From: Nitrosopumilaceae archaeon
GTDB taxonomy: Archaea; Thermoproteota; Nitrososphaeria; Nitrososphaerales; Nitrosopumilaceae
Direction of reading: 5' to 3'
Assembly (NCBI GenBank): GCA_965203465.1
Contig: CBDBCR010000003.1
Coordinates: 160,001-224,000, forward strand
Length of the DNA stretch: 64,000 bases
The first letter of the stretch is position 1; each line of letters begins with the position of its first letter. Positions 9,715 to 20,899 of the stretch are shown in pieces. Under the pieces are notes generated by a model. The model searched no databases and was not told the DNA's origin. It saw only the letters and a list, made by a program, of their open reading frames with translations. Made by a program: the position numbers and the translations under genes.

Positions 9715-9882
9715 GTGTGCGACTGCTCCAAGGTGCACCTCTACGAGGTAGAGTACAAGCTCGAGGGCATGATAGTGGTGCCCACCCACAAGAACTGCGG
9801 CGCCAGCCTCAACGAGCCGCAGGCCCAAAAGCTCCAAAAAGATCTGGTGAAACTGTGGGGCTTCAAGCAGGAAGAAGAATAG
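9715..9882 (+). CDS. Small Cys/His-containing protein, 55 aa
   Basis: MCDCSKVHLYEVEYKLEGMIVVPTHKNCGASLNEPQAQKLQKDLVKLWGFKQEEE*; TATA-like AAATATA upstream; not in the ORF track. Confidence 0.75.
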   Translation: MCDCSKVHLYEVEYKLEGMIVVPTHKNCGASLNEPQAQKLQKDLVKLWGFKQEEE

Positions 9883-9914
9883 GCTATAAATAAAAATCCG
9901 GCCCGCCTCCCCGC

Positions 9915-10574
9915 GTGATAGTGGACTTGCGCCTAGAAGGCAGGCACGTCGTAATCGTGGGCGGCGGCAGGGAGGGCGACCGCAAGGCGCGCGCCCTGCT
10001 CGGCGAGGGGTGCGAAATAACCGTGCTTTCAGAATCGTTCACGCCGGGCCTCCAGAGGCTCGCGGACCGGGGGCTCATATCTGCAAGGATCGGATCCGCG
10101 CGCGGCGGCCTGCCCGGCGGGCTCGACGCGTACCTGGTCATGGCGGCCACCGACGACCGCGAGCTCAACCGGAGCATAGTGGAGAGCGCCCGCGCGTCCG
10201 GCTGCGTGTGCTACGCGGCCGACGACCCAGAGGCCGGCGACTTTTCCCACCTTTCCTCCTTTACGCTAAAGGGCGGCGTGCGCGTGGCCGTATCGACCGG
10301 CGGGCAGAGCCCGGCCATGGCCATGAGGATGGGCGCGCGCGCCCGCGCCATGCTGGCGGGCCTCGTCTCCGACGAGGACGCGGGCCAGATAGCCCTGCAA
10401 AAGGAGGCGCGCGCGGCCGCGCGCCTGGCCATACCCGGCCAGGCCGGGAGGCGCAAGTTCCTGCACTCGGTAATAGACGACGAAACGGTTAAACGCCTGC
10501 TCAGGTCGGGCGACGGCGATGGGGCGCGCGCCCGCATGACCGAGATGCTGGAGGGGTACGATGGCCATACTTAA
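9915..10574 (+). CDS. sirC: Precorrin-2 dehydrogenase / sirohydrochlorin ferrochelatase (SirC/CysG-N)
   Basis: VVIVGGG, AATDDRELN, VAVSTGGQSPA. Confidence 0.9.
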   Translation: MIVDLRLEGRHVVIVGGGREGDRKARALLGEGCEITVLSESFTPGLQRLADRGLISARIGSARGGLPGGLDAYLVMAATDDRELNRSIVESARASGCVCYAADDPEAGDFSHLSSFTLKGGVRVAVSTGGQSPAMAMRMGARARAMLAGLVSDEDAGQIALQKEARAAARLAIPGQAGRRKFLHSVIDDETVKRLLRSGDGDGARARMTEMLEGYDGHT

Positions 10575-11784
10575 CACGCGGGTGACCTACAAAGATTCGC
10601 CCATACACGTGCTGGAGCGCTTTGCGTTCCGCGACATGGGCGAGGCCTACAGGGAGTTCCGCAGGCACCCCGAGATAGGCGAGTGCGTGATACTGCAGAC
10701 CTGCAACAGGGTAGAGCTGTACTCTACCGGCTCGGACCTTCCCCGCATAAAGAGGGCGTGGGCCTCGCTGACGGGCCTGCGCGAGGGCGACTTTGACGGC
10801 AACCTAGAGTGCTCCGAGGGCGACGGGGCGTGCAGGCACCTGCTGCGCGTGGCCTCGGGCCTCGATTCCATGGTGGTCGGCGAGGAGCAGGTGCTCGGCC
10901 AGGTGAGGGGGTCCATATCGGCGGCGCGCCGGGCCGGCTCTTCGGGCCAGACGCTCAACACCCTTTTCGAAAAGGCCGTCCACGCCGGCGCGCGCATACG
11001 CAGCGCCTCGGGGATCGGCTCGGGCGGCGTCTCGGTCGGCTCCATGGCCGTGCGGCTGGCCGACGAGAGCTCCGGCGGCCTGGAATCCAAGAGGATACTG
11101 GTGGTGGGGACCGGCGAGACGGCCTCGCTGGTGGCAAAGTCGCTGGCGCGGCGCGGCCTGAGCTTCGACGTCTCGAGCAGGACGGTGCGGCGCGCCGGCG
11201 CGTTCTGCCAGAGCCTGGGGGGCAGGCCCGTGCGCTTCGAGGACGCGCTGGAAAACCTGCCCTCCTACGGCGTGGCGTTCGTGGCCACCTCGGCGCCGTA
11301 CTCGCTGGTGACCCCCGAGAGGCTCCCGGGCGCCAAGATGTCCATACTGGACCTGTCCAACCCGCGCGCCGTCTCGGAGGAGGTCGCCTCGGTGCCCGGC
11401 GTCTCGCTGATGAACCTGGACCAGATAGCCGCCGTGGTGGAGCGCAACGTGAGGGGGCGCAGGGAAAAGGCCGGCGTGGCAGAGGAGCTGGTCGAGGAGG
11501 AGGCCGGCGCCCTCGAGGCGTCGATAAAGAGGCTGGGCGCCGAGCCGCTCGTCGAGCGCGTCTTCAAGGGTACCGAGGCGGTGCGCAGAAAAGAGCTGCA
11601 AAAGGCGCTAAAGATGCTAGGCCTGGACGAGCGCGGCGAGCGCATCGTGGACGAGCTGACCCGCGCGGTGGCAGAGGGGATACTGGCCCCGCCGATGAAC
11701 TCGGTCAGGCGCGCCTCCAAGGAGGGCAGGACCGACGTGCTCGACGCGGCCGACGGCCTGTTCAGGTACGACGGGCAAAGCTAG
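10561..11784 (+). CDS. hemA: Glutamyl-tRNA reductase
   Basis: LQTCNRVELY, GLDSMVVGEEQVLGQV, DLSNPR. Confidence 0.97.
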   Translation: MAILNTRVTYKDSPIHVLERFAFRDMGEAYREFRRHPEIGECVILQTCNRVELYSTGSDLPRIKRAWASLTGLREGDFDGNLECSEGDGACRHLLRVASGLDSMVVGEEQVLGQVRGSISAARRAGSSGQTLNTLFEKAVHAGARIRSASGIGSGGVSVGSMAVRLADESSGGLESKRILVVGTGETASLVAKSLARRGLSFDVSSRTVRRAGAFCQSLGGRPVRFEDALENLPSYGVAFVATSAPYSLVTPERLPGAKMSILDLSNPRAVSEEVASVPGVSLMNLDQIAAVVERNVRGRREKAGVAEELVEEEAGALEASIKRLGAEPLVERVFKGTEAVRRKELQKALKMLGLDERGERIVDELTRAVAEGILAPPMNSVRRASKEGRTDVLDAADGLFRYDGQS

Positions 11785-11818
11785 GCGGGCGCGATCGCGG
11801 GCGCTGGGCCGCCTCCGG

Positions 11819-12238
11819 TCAGCCCTTGTCGTCCCACGCGTCCTGCCAGTCGGTCGACCACGGCTCGAGCACTAACTTGCGCGTGCGTCCCGACAGATGT
11901 AAATCCCACAAATTTATGACGTTCCGACCTATCAGCATCCTTGCCTCCTCTTCGAATCCTGCCGCGAGTATTCTTTCAAACACCGCGCCGTTTATGCTCA
12001 GGCGGATCACGTACGCTGGGGCGTGTATGGAACCACCGATGCCTGCCAGCGGGACGCTTTTGACACTCTTCAGATTCAGAGCGTCGACGACGGATGGTGC
12101 TATCATGCTTATGGACGCGCCCGTGTCTATGATGCCCCTGCACTTTACCGTTTTTTCAGAGTGGGCCGACACGCCTACATCCAGAACCGGGGCCGCAGTC
12201 CTGCCGTCAAACCGTTCGTAGTCGGCTACAATTTTCAT
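11819..12238 (-). CDS. Retropepsin-like (clan AA) aspartic protease
   Basis: GIIDTGASIS active site, GIGG flap, LIGRN. Confidence 0.85.
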   Translation of the reverse strand: MKIVADYERFDGRTAAPVLDVGVSAHSEKTVKCRGIIDTGASISMIAPSVVDALNLKSVKSVPLAGIGGSIHAPAYVIRLSINGAVFERILAAGFEEEARMLIGRNVINLWDLHLSGRTRKLVLEPWSTDWQDAWDDKG

Positions 12239-12810
12239 TCCTGACGCAGAACCTTCGGAGTGACAGTTTCGACATATTCGACTCCGGACGACCTGCCCAC
12301 GTACATGTACACGTTTCCGAACTTGTCGTACATGCGAGATATGAGATCCATCTGGGAACGATCGCTGCCTTGGAGCTTTCCGTGAACGAACGCGACAAAC
12401 TTGCCTTTGAATTCTGGGTTGTCCGAGTTGCTGGACACAAAGTCCCGGTACGCGTTCTCGTTGATCGCGTTTTTGGCGCGCTCTGATTCATACCTAGATT
12501 TTGTGGCATTCGGGGATGTCCGATACGGCTCAAATTCGAGATTTTCCCAAGCGGCGACGGCAAAGGCACTGAATTCGTAACGGAGAGGGGCGTATGACAT
12601 ATACTGCCGAGCACGGAAAGTTTCGTCCACGCTCATCTGGCGTGTGAAGAGCGAGGCAAAATTTTCAATGTCCACCAGAATAGGCCCGCATGCATCACAG
12701 GATTTACCCATCTGTTCAGACATGAGCGTCCAGACTTCGAACGCTTCCATCTTGGAACGTTGGGCGCGATCTGTGTGCGGTTCAGAATGCAGGACGCATG
12801 TGCTAATCAA
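12235..12810 (-). CDS. Protein with C-terminal DUF5678-like domain
   Basis: FKGKFVAFVHGKLQGSD...LISRMYDKFGNVYMYVG; ATGA-coupled to the protease. Confidence 0.65.
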   Translation of the reverse strand: MISTCVLHSEPHTDRAQRSKMEAFEVWTLMSEQMGKSCDACGPILVDIENFASLFTRQMSVDETFRARQYMSYAPLRYEFSAFAVAAWENLEFEPYRTSPNATKSRYESERAKNAINENAYRDFVSSNSDNPEFKGKFVAFVHGKLQGSDRSQMDLISRMYDKFGNVYMYVGRSSGVEYVETVTPKVLRQE

Positions 12811-13420
12811 TCATATCGTCCCCCATCTTTTCTTTTATGAACCTAATCTCCATGTCGAGTGAGTCTAGTTGGTTACTAACCTCTTTGCTCAGCCTTCGCG
12901 CCTGAGTTGGATCTAGCTGGATTGATATCGGACGATCATTGGGTGTGTTAGGTTCGCGCAGCACGCCGTTGATGACGAGTTTGGGGATCATTTTTGTGAT
13001 CCGGCCGTCATTCGATATTGGTCTCAGTTCTGTGTAGATGGTAAGTTGGTGAAGGTGAGGATGTCCTGCAACCTCTAGATCGGCCATAGTCTGCATCTGA
13101 TTCACTTTTTGGGCGTCTACTCGTTCATGTAGGTTCTTCAGCACCTGCTTGAGTATGTTCTTCTTGTCTTCTGTCAATGGAGCGACATCAATCATCCGCG
13201 TCATTGTTTGGGGACGTGCGTGGTTAATAACGAAATTGTAAAACACGTTGTTGATACATGACACCTCGGTTTCGCTCAGTTTGACTCCCACGATCTCATC
13301 GACCTTCGTCCTGTCTATCCTGCGGACGATGATCGACTCGTCTATCGTGTCTGCTAGCGCACGAATTTGGCCTTCCGGGAGCTTTGAGAGCGTCGCGATG
13401 TCGGTACTTGGATCTGTCAA
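12803..13420 (-). CDS. Putative COMMD-like protein (helical N-domain plus COMM-like C-domain), about 205 aa
   Basis: TTG start at 13420 inferred from a TATA-like element upstream; helical N-half, then PHLHQLTIYTELRPIS...IPKLVINGVL...ISIQLDPTQARRLSKEV..QL. Confidence 0.5.
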   Translation of the reverse strand: MTDPSTDIATLSKLPEGQIRALADTIDESIIVRRIDRTKVDEIVGVKLSETEVSCINNVFYNFVINHARPQTMTRMIDVAPLTEDKKNILKQVLKNLHERVDAQKVNQMQTMADLEVAGHPHLHQLTIYTELRPISNDGRITKMIPKLVINGVLREPNTPNDRPISIQLDPTQARRLSKEVSNQLDSLDMEIRFIKEKMGDDMID

Positions 13421-14039
13421 CTGCCTAGATGCGCGGGCACCGCTATAATTTCTTATCGGCACCTGCTTAAATACGACTCGTCTAGGCCTACAGTATCCAC
13501 TCACCTCCTCCCCCACCCATCTGACCCGGGGCACGACACGCACCCGTTCTCATTACGGTGAGTATTCGTGGTTTGATGCCTTCTGGCCCACGATTGGGCG
13601 CCTTCTGGTTCACAACCTCGGCGTGCGCCCGTCCGGGCCACCCCAACCACAGTTTGTCAACCCACCAGTTGTCAAGACGAAGTGAACAAAAAGTCAACAA
13701 AAATTGAGTGGTGTCTTTAGATCCGAGTTTTTGGGCCGCGGCCATAGCATCGAAAGCCATGCTACTACAGAGAACTACTCGCGGCTCATATCATGATCTT
13801 CGAACGAGACAAGGAGATCGTCGTACAGGGTGGGCGCATGGCTGTAAATGACAAGACCGCAAAGCTTGAGGCCAGTCTGATCCTGTACGAGGGCCCCAAC
13901 ACCCCGTCGTCGACAGAGTTGTAGTTCAACTACAAGCGCAATAAGTACATCAAAAAGCACGGAGTATCTAGTGCACTAGGTGTTCTCTAGGCTGCTGACG
14001 TTCATTGTGACGTGCGGCATGAACCATATTTTCCGTGCA

Positions 14040-14200
14040 TGGCGGTAGTCGAGATGCTGCGCGACCACAGATAGAGCATGTTCAACCCGGACCTCCGATG
14101 CCGTACGACTGGTCTGTCTTCGATTCGCCAATCTCTGGGCTGACAAGGCCACCCGAGACGGAGGCTGGGCGGGCACAGGTTCCAGCGGCGGCGTCTGCCT
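14040..14200 (-). mobile_element. Degenerate IS5-like (DDE) transposase C-terminal remnant
   Basis: PAQPPSRVALSAQRLANRRQ...VRVEHALSVV resembles the P-KKP...L...Q..NR..S..RV.VEH signature; boundaries approximate. Confidence 0.35.
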
Positions 14201-14330
14201 GACCGCACCTAACGAGCGGCTGGATGCGCTACGGGCAGTGTCAACCTGCCTCAGGCGTCGGGCAGAGAGGATGGCGATACGCGCGGATCGGGGCGTAGGC
14301 ATAATAAAGACTCGGCGCCGCGCCCCGCCC

Positions 14331-15596
14331 GTGTCGCGCTCGGCCCGGATGTACGCAGCCGCAAGGAGGTCCATTCCGTCCGGCGTCAACAGCCCCGTAA
14401 GGTACTACGGCCCGCACCCGTTCTTCGCGTCCAGGGCGCGCGGCGGCGCCGTCTGGGACGAGGACGGGCGCAGGTACACCGACCTGTGCTGCGGGTACGG
14501 CGCGGTAATGCTGGGCCACTCCCACCCGGCGGTCAACTCGGCCGTCTCTGCACAGCTGCGGCGCGGGCAGATCTACGGCGTGCCCACCGAAAAGGAGACA
14601 AAGCTGGCAGAGGCCATAAGGGGCTTTTTCCCATCCATGAAAAAGACCCGGCTGGTCAACACCGGCGGCGAGGCCACCATGGCGGCGGTCCGGCTGGCGC
14701 GCGGGCACACCGGCAGGCCAAAGGTGGTAAAGTTCGAGGGCGGCTACCACGGGGCCCACGACTCCATGCTGGTCAGGGCCGGCTCCGCGCACGCGGGGAT
14801 AGCCGTCTCTGCCGGCGTGCCCGGCCCGGTCGCCAGAAACACCATGGTCGCGAAATACAACGACCTGCACGGGACCGCCGAGCTGCTCGAGGGGCGCGAC
14901 GATATAGCCGGCGTCATAGTCGAGCCGGTGATGGCAAACGCCGGCCTGATACCGCCGGCCAGGGGGTTTTTGCGCGGCCTGCGCCGCGCGACCCGCAAGG
15001 CCGGCGCGGTGCTCATATTCGACGAGGTGGTCACCGGCTTCCGCGTCTCGCCGGGCGGCGCGCAAGAGCTGTACGGCGTGCGGCCCGACCTGACCACGCT
15101 GGGCAAGGCGCTGGGCAACGGCTTTCCGATAGCGGCGGTCGGCGGCAGTTCCCGCATAATGGAGAGGCTCGCGCCGGGCGGGGACGTGTACCAGGCCAGC
15201 ACGTTCGCCGGAAGCCCCGTCTCGGTCTCGGCGGCTGCCGCCGCGCTCGCCCACATGCGCCGGAGGGGCATGCATGCCAAGCTAGAGAGGGCCTGCGCGG
15301 CGCTCGCCGAGACCGCCTCGGACGCGGCAAAGTCGGCCGGCATAGAGCACCGCGTCAACAGGGCCGCCTCGATGTTCCAGATATTCTTCACCGGAAAACG
15401 CGTCACCGACTACGCCTCGGCGGCCTCGTCGGACCGCGCCGCGTTCGACAGGCTCTTCCGCGGGCTGCTGGCCGGCGGCGCGTTCGCGCCCCCCTCGCAG
15501 TTCGAGACCGCGTTCCTCTCGGCTGCCCACACCGAGCGCGACCTGGGGCGCGCCGGGCTCGCCTACTCCAGGGCCATGCGGGCGGTGCGCCGTTGA
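14331..15596 (+). CDS. hemL: Glutamate-1-semialdehyde 2,1-aminomutase
   Basis: PSGVNSPVR, FEGGYHG, FDEVVTGFR, TTLGK; GTG start inferred about 25 nt after ATAATAAA. Confidence 0.96.
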   Translation: MSRSARMYAAARRSIPSGVNSPVRYYGPHPFFASRARGGAVWDEDGRRYTDLCCGYGAVMLGHSHPAVNSAVSAQLRRGQIYGVPTEKETKLAEAIRGFFPSMKKTRLVNTGGEATMAAVRLARGHTGRPKVVKFEGGYHGAHDSMLVRAGSAHAGIAVSAGVPGPVARNTMVAKYNDLHGTAELLEGRDDIAGVIVEPVMANAGLIPPARGFLRGLRRATRKAGAVLIFDEVVTGFRVSPGGAQELYGVRPDLTTLGKALGNGFPIAAVGGSSRIMERLAPGGDVYQASTFAGSPVSVSAAAAALAHMRRRGMHAKLERACAALAETASDAAKSAGIEHRVNRAASMFQIFFTGKRVTDYASAASSDRAAFDRLFRGLLAGGAFAPPSQFETAFLSAAHTERDLGRAGLAYSRAMRAVRR

Positions 15597-16507
15597 TCAG
15601 GGTGGCCACGCGCGCAAGCCCGCTCTCGCTTGCCCAGACGCAGGGCGTACTGGACATGCTGGGGCGCAGTTTCGAGATCGTGCGCGTGACCACGCGCGGC
15701 GACACCGACGCGCGCCCGCTCTTCGCCATGGACCAAAAGGGGATATTCGAGCGCGAGGTGGACGCGGCCGTGGCCTCGGGCAGGGCCGACTTTGCCGTCC
15801 ACAGCCTAAAGGACGTGCCCACCGAGGTCCCCGACGGCCTGGTGCTGGCCTCGGTCCCCAGGCGAGAGGATCCGCGCGACGTGCTCGTGACGGCCGGCGG
15901 CGACAGCATAGATTCGGTGAGGAGCGGCGCGACGGTGGGCACCAGCAGCCTGCGGCGCGCCTCGCAGATCCGGGCCGCGCGGCCCGACCTGCGCCCCGTC
16001 CCGGTGCGCGGCAACGTCGGCACCCGCGCGGCGCGCGTGTCCGGCGGCGAGCTGGACGCGGTGGTGCTCGCGCGCGCCGGCATTTTGCGCCTCGGCCTCG
16101 AGGCCAGGTACGCCATACTGCCCGAGGGGCGGTTCCTGCCCTCGCCCGGGCAGGGCGCCCTAGCGCTGGTCTGCCGCTCGGGCGACGAAGAGACCAGGGG
16201 CATCCTTGCGGGAATCGAGGATCCCGATTCGCGCGCAGAGGCCGAGGCCGAGCGCGCCCTCTCCGCAGAGCTGGAATCGGGATGCAGGTTCCCGGTCGGC
16301 GCGCTGGCGCGCGCGGACGGGGACAGAATCTCGGTCGCGGCCTCCGCGTTCGGGACGGGCGGGGAGCCCGTCTCGGCCCGCAGGTCGGGGCCAAAGTCCG
16401 AGGCGGCCGAGGTGGGGCGCGGGGCGGCCCGGGACATGCTGGAGGGCGGCGCCGGCAGGCTTGCGTTAAATTGGAGGGCCGAGGTGGAAGAGTGGAATGC
16501 CAGGTAA
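15593..16507 (+). CDS. hemC: Hydroxymethylbilane synthase
   Basis: VATRASPLSLAQT, AVHSLKDVP, GTSSLRR, RGNVGTR, GCRFPVG. Confidence 0.96.
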   Translation: MIRVATRASPLSLAQTQGVLDMLGRSFEIVRVTTRGDTDARPLFAMDQKGIFEREVDAAVASGRADFAVHSLKDVPTEVPDGLVLASVPRREDPRDVLVTAGGDSIDSVRSGATVGTSSLRRASQIRAARPDLRPVPVRGNVGTRAARVSGGELDAVVLARAGILRLGLEARYAILPEGRFLPSPGQGALALVCRSGDEETRGILAGIEDPDSRAEAEAERALSAELESGCRFPVGALARADGDRISVAASAFGTGGEPVSARRSGPKSEAAEVGRGAARDMLEGGAGRLALNWRAEVEEWNAR

Positions 16508-17234
16508 GGTGCACCTTGTCGGCGCGGGCCCCGGGGATCCGGGCCTGCTGACGGTGCGCGCATCGGAGCTGCTCCGCTCGGCCGACGCGGTCCTCTACGA
16601 CAGGCTGGTGGACGAGAGGATACTGGCCACGATACCGGCATCGGCGCGCAAAGAGTACGTGGGCCGCGCGGTCGGCGACGACGAGTCTCACCAGGATTCC
16701 ACCAACGAGCTGATGGCAAGGTACGCGCTGGAGGGAAAAGACGTGGTCCGCCTAAAGGGCGGCGATCCGACCATGTTCGGGCGCGGCGGCGAGGAGGCCG
16801 AGTTCCTGCTCGGGCGCGGAATAAGCTTCGAGATAGTACCGGGCATAACCTCGGGGCTCGGATCGGCGGTCTATTCGGGCATACCGCTGACCCACAGGGG
16901 GTACTCGTCTTCGGTGGCGTTCGTGACCGGCCACGAGGATCCGTCAAAGGAGCGCGAGGGCGTGCGCTGGAAGGAGATGGCGCGCGCGGCCGACACCATA
17001 GTGGTGATGATGGGCGTCTCGCGGCTCGGCCGCATATGCTCCGAGCTCAAAGAGGGCGGCATGGATCCGGCGACGCCGGCGGCAGTCATAGAGAACGGCA
17101 CCACCGAGCGCCACCGCGCCGTCTTCGGCACGCTAGACGACATCGCGGGGCGCGCCGAGGCCGAGCGCGTGCGCCCGCCGGCCAACATAATAATAGGCCG
17201 CGTCGTCTCGCTGGCCGGAAGGCTGTCGAAGTGA
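16497..17234 (+). CDS. cobA: Uroporphyrinogen-III C-methyltransferase
   Basis: VGAGPGDPGLLT, RLKGGDP..FGRGGEE. Confidence 0.96.
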   Translation: MPGKVHLVGAGPGDPGLLTVRASELLRSADAVLYDRLVDERILATIPASARKEYVGRAVGDDESHQDSTNELMARYALEGKDVVRLKGGDPTMFGRGGEEAEFLLGRGISFEIVPGITSGLGSAVYSGIPLTHRGYSSSVAFVTGHEDPSKEREGVRWKEMARAADTIVVMMGVSRLGRICSELKEGGMDPATPAAVIENGTTERHRAVFGTLDDIAGRAEAERVRPPANIIIGRVVSLAGRLSK

Positions 17235-18043
17235 AGGGCAAGACCGTTGCGATAACGAGGTCGGCGCGCGACGCGCGCGAGTTTTCGGAGCTGGCCCGCT
17301 CTGCCGGCGCCGAGCCCCTGCCGCTGCCCACCATAGAGCTGGCCGCGCGCGGGGGCATCGCCGCCGAGTTCGTCAAAGCGGCAAAAGAGTACGACCCAGA
17401 CCACACCGTATTCATGAGCTCGCGCGCCGTCTCGCTGCTCTTCGAGGCCGGCGAGGCCGAGGGCATGTCGGGCGCGCTGCGCGCCGCCGTGACGAACACG
17501 TCGGTGGTCGCCGTCGGCCCCGTCACGCGGGCCGCGCTGTCCGAGCGCGGCGTGCGCACAGCCCGCATGCCCGAGACGTACTCGTCGATAGGCATAGGCG
17601 AGCTCTTTTCGAAGATGGGCGGCGGGCGCGCCATCATACCGCGCAGCGGCGCCTCGACCCCGTTCCTCAAGGAGCTGCTCGAAAAGATCGGCGTCTCCGT
17701 GAAAGAGACGGTCCTGTACGACGTGCGCGCCTGCGCCGATTCTCCGGAATGGGCCAGCTTCCGCGCCATGCTGCCGCGCGGCGGCATAGACGGCCTGATA
17801 TTCACGAGCGCCTCGTCGGTGCGCGCGTTCTTTGAGATCATGGGCAGGGCCGGCGGCCCCCCCGACATGGAAAAGACGCGCGTCGTGTCCATAGGCCCGT
17901 TCACGTCTGCCGAGCTCGACAGGTTCGGCGTCAGCCACTCTTCGGCGGACGTGCACACGGTGCCGGGCGCCTTCGAGGAGATCCGCAGGCGGCTTTGCCC
18001 AGATTCCACGCCCCCGGAGCCGGCCCGTGGAAGTACGCGTTAG
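17231..18043 (+). CDS. hemD: Uroporphyrinogen-III synthase
   Basis: VAITRS, AVGPVT, FTSASSV, SIGPFT; GTGA overlap with cobA. Confidence 0.92.
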   Translation: MKGKTVAITRSARDAREFSELARSAGAEPLPLPTIELAARGGIAAEFVKAAKEYDPDHTVFMSSRAVSLLFEAGEAEGMSGALRAAVTNTSVVAVGPVTRAALSERGVRTARMPETYSSIGIGELFSKMGGGRAIIPRSGASTPFLKELLEKIGVSVKETVLYDVRACADSPEWASFRAMLPRGGIDGLIFTSASSVRAFFEIMGRAGGPPDMEKTRVVSIGPFTSAELDRFGVSHSSADVHTVPGAFEEIRRRLCPDSTPPEPARGSTR

Positions 18044-18094
18044 GCAGAGCTATTTTTGCGCATGTATTTATAATCGGCAGGCAGGCTACCCCCC

Positions 18095-19495
<1,401 letters not shown>

Positions 19496-19497
19496 CC

Positions 19498-20895
19498 ATG
19501 TCGCAGGCGCTCTCGGAGCTCGCAGACAGCCACGTCGTACGGATATCCGAGGCGCGCGGCGAGCCGCGCTGGCTCGCCGAGCGCAGGCAGGCCGCCCTCT
19601 CCGAGTACCGGAGCATGCCAGTCGAGACATCGCCGCTGTACACCAAATACACCGACGCGCGGCGCATGGACATGGGCAAGGTCTCCCTGCCGGCCGAATC
19701 CGAGGCCGGCGCGCCCCCCTTCATGTCGCGCCGCCTCGCGGAGCTGGAGGGCAAGACCCACATAGTCCAGGTGGGCACGCACGTCGAGCGCGTGGTCCTC
19801 TCCGATGCCGCAAAAGAGCAAAAGATAGAGGTCTGCTCGCTGGCCGACGCCCTCTCTTCTCGCCCCGATCAGGTCAGGGCCGCGCTCGAATCGGCGGACC
19901 ACGCCGAGGACAAGTTCACGGCCCTCAACAGCGCCGCGTTCAACGCCGGCGTCTTCGTGCGCGTGCCCCGCGGCGCGGAGCTGGACGAGCCGGTCCACGT
20001 AGTCTCGTGCCTGCCAGGCGACGGCACGTCGGTCATATCGCGCAACGTCGTAGATGCGGGCGAGGCCAGCAGGTCCTCGCTCGTCCACGAGCTGTACTCG
20101 CCCCCGTCGGGCCCCCAGCAGGCGTACCTGGAGCTGCTCACCGTCTCGGCCGGCCCCGGCGCGCGCATCGACGGCACCACCCTGCAGATGATGGATTCCT
20201 CGTCGGTCAACTTTTCGACCCGCAGGGCCGAGCTGCTCCAGGACGCCCAGGTCAACTGGTACACGGGCATGTTCGGCACGCAGCTGTCCAGGTACAGGAC
20301 CGGCTACCACCTGCGCGGGCCCGGCGCGTCGGCCAACGACGCCGAGGTCTCTTTCGGCAGCGGCGAGCAGTCCTTCGACCTGCAGACCACGATGAACCAC
20401 GAGAGCGGCCACACCGAGGGGCGCGTCATACAAAAGTCGATACTGCGCGGGCGCTCAAAGTCGCTCTTCAAGGGCATGATACGCATACTGGAGGGGGCAT
20501 CCAAGTCCAACTCTTACCTGTCGGGCCGCTCGATACTGCTCGACAAGGACGCAAAGTCCGAGGCCATACCGGGCCTGGAGATATTCACAAACGACGTAAA
20601 GGCCACGCACTCGGCCTCGGTCGCCCAGATAGACGAGGAGCAGATATTCTACCTGGGCACGCGGTGCCTGAGCAAGTCCGAGGCAGAGCGGACCATAGTG
20701 GAGGGGTTTTTGGAGCCGCTCTCGCGCAAGATGTCCACGCAGGTGCGCGCATGGATAGCGTACCTGATAGAATCAAAGTGGGAGGGCAGGGATCTTTCCA
20801 TAAACACCGACGAGGAGCTGCGCCGGTTCACCGAGGTAGAAGAGACCCGGTACAACGAGAACGCCGAGATAGAGCAGCACTACAAGTACAGGTGA
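19498..20895 (+). CDS. sufD: Fe-S cluster assembly protein SufD
   Basis: PGLEIFTNDVKATHSASV..IDEEQIFYL. Confidence 0.92.
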   Translation: MSQALSELADSHVVRISEARGEPRWLAERRQAALSEYRSMPVETSPLYTKYTDARRMDMGKVSLPAESEAGAPPFMSRRLAELEGKTHIVQVGTHVERVVLSDAAKEQKIEVCSLADALSSRPDQVRAALESADHAEDKFTALNSAAFNAGVFVRVPRGAELDEPVHVVSCLPGDGTSVISRNVVDAGEASRSSLVHELYSPPSGPQQAYLELLTVSAGPGARIDGTTLQMMDSSSVNFSTRRAELLQDAQVNWYTGMFGTQLSRYRTGYHLRGPGASANDAEVSFGSGEQSFDLQTTMNHESGHTEGRVIQKSILRGRSKSLFKGMIRILEGASKSNSYLSGRSILLDKDAKSEAIPGLEIFTNDVKATHSASVAQIDEEQIFYLGTRCLSKSEAERTIVEGFLEPLSRKMSTQVRAWIAYLIESKWEGRDLSINTDEELRRFTEVEETRYNENAEIEQHYKYR

Positions 20896-20899
20896 GGCC

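Noticed and set aside
13488-13980. Short ORFs (MAFDAMAAAQKL...; MIFERDKEIVV...* on +) in the island
   Set aside because: Too short or interrupted to assign; probably debris. No tRNA or structured RNA recognisable.
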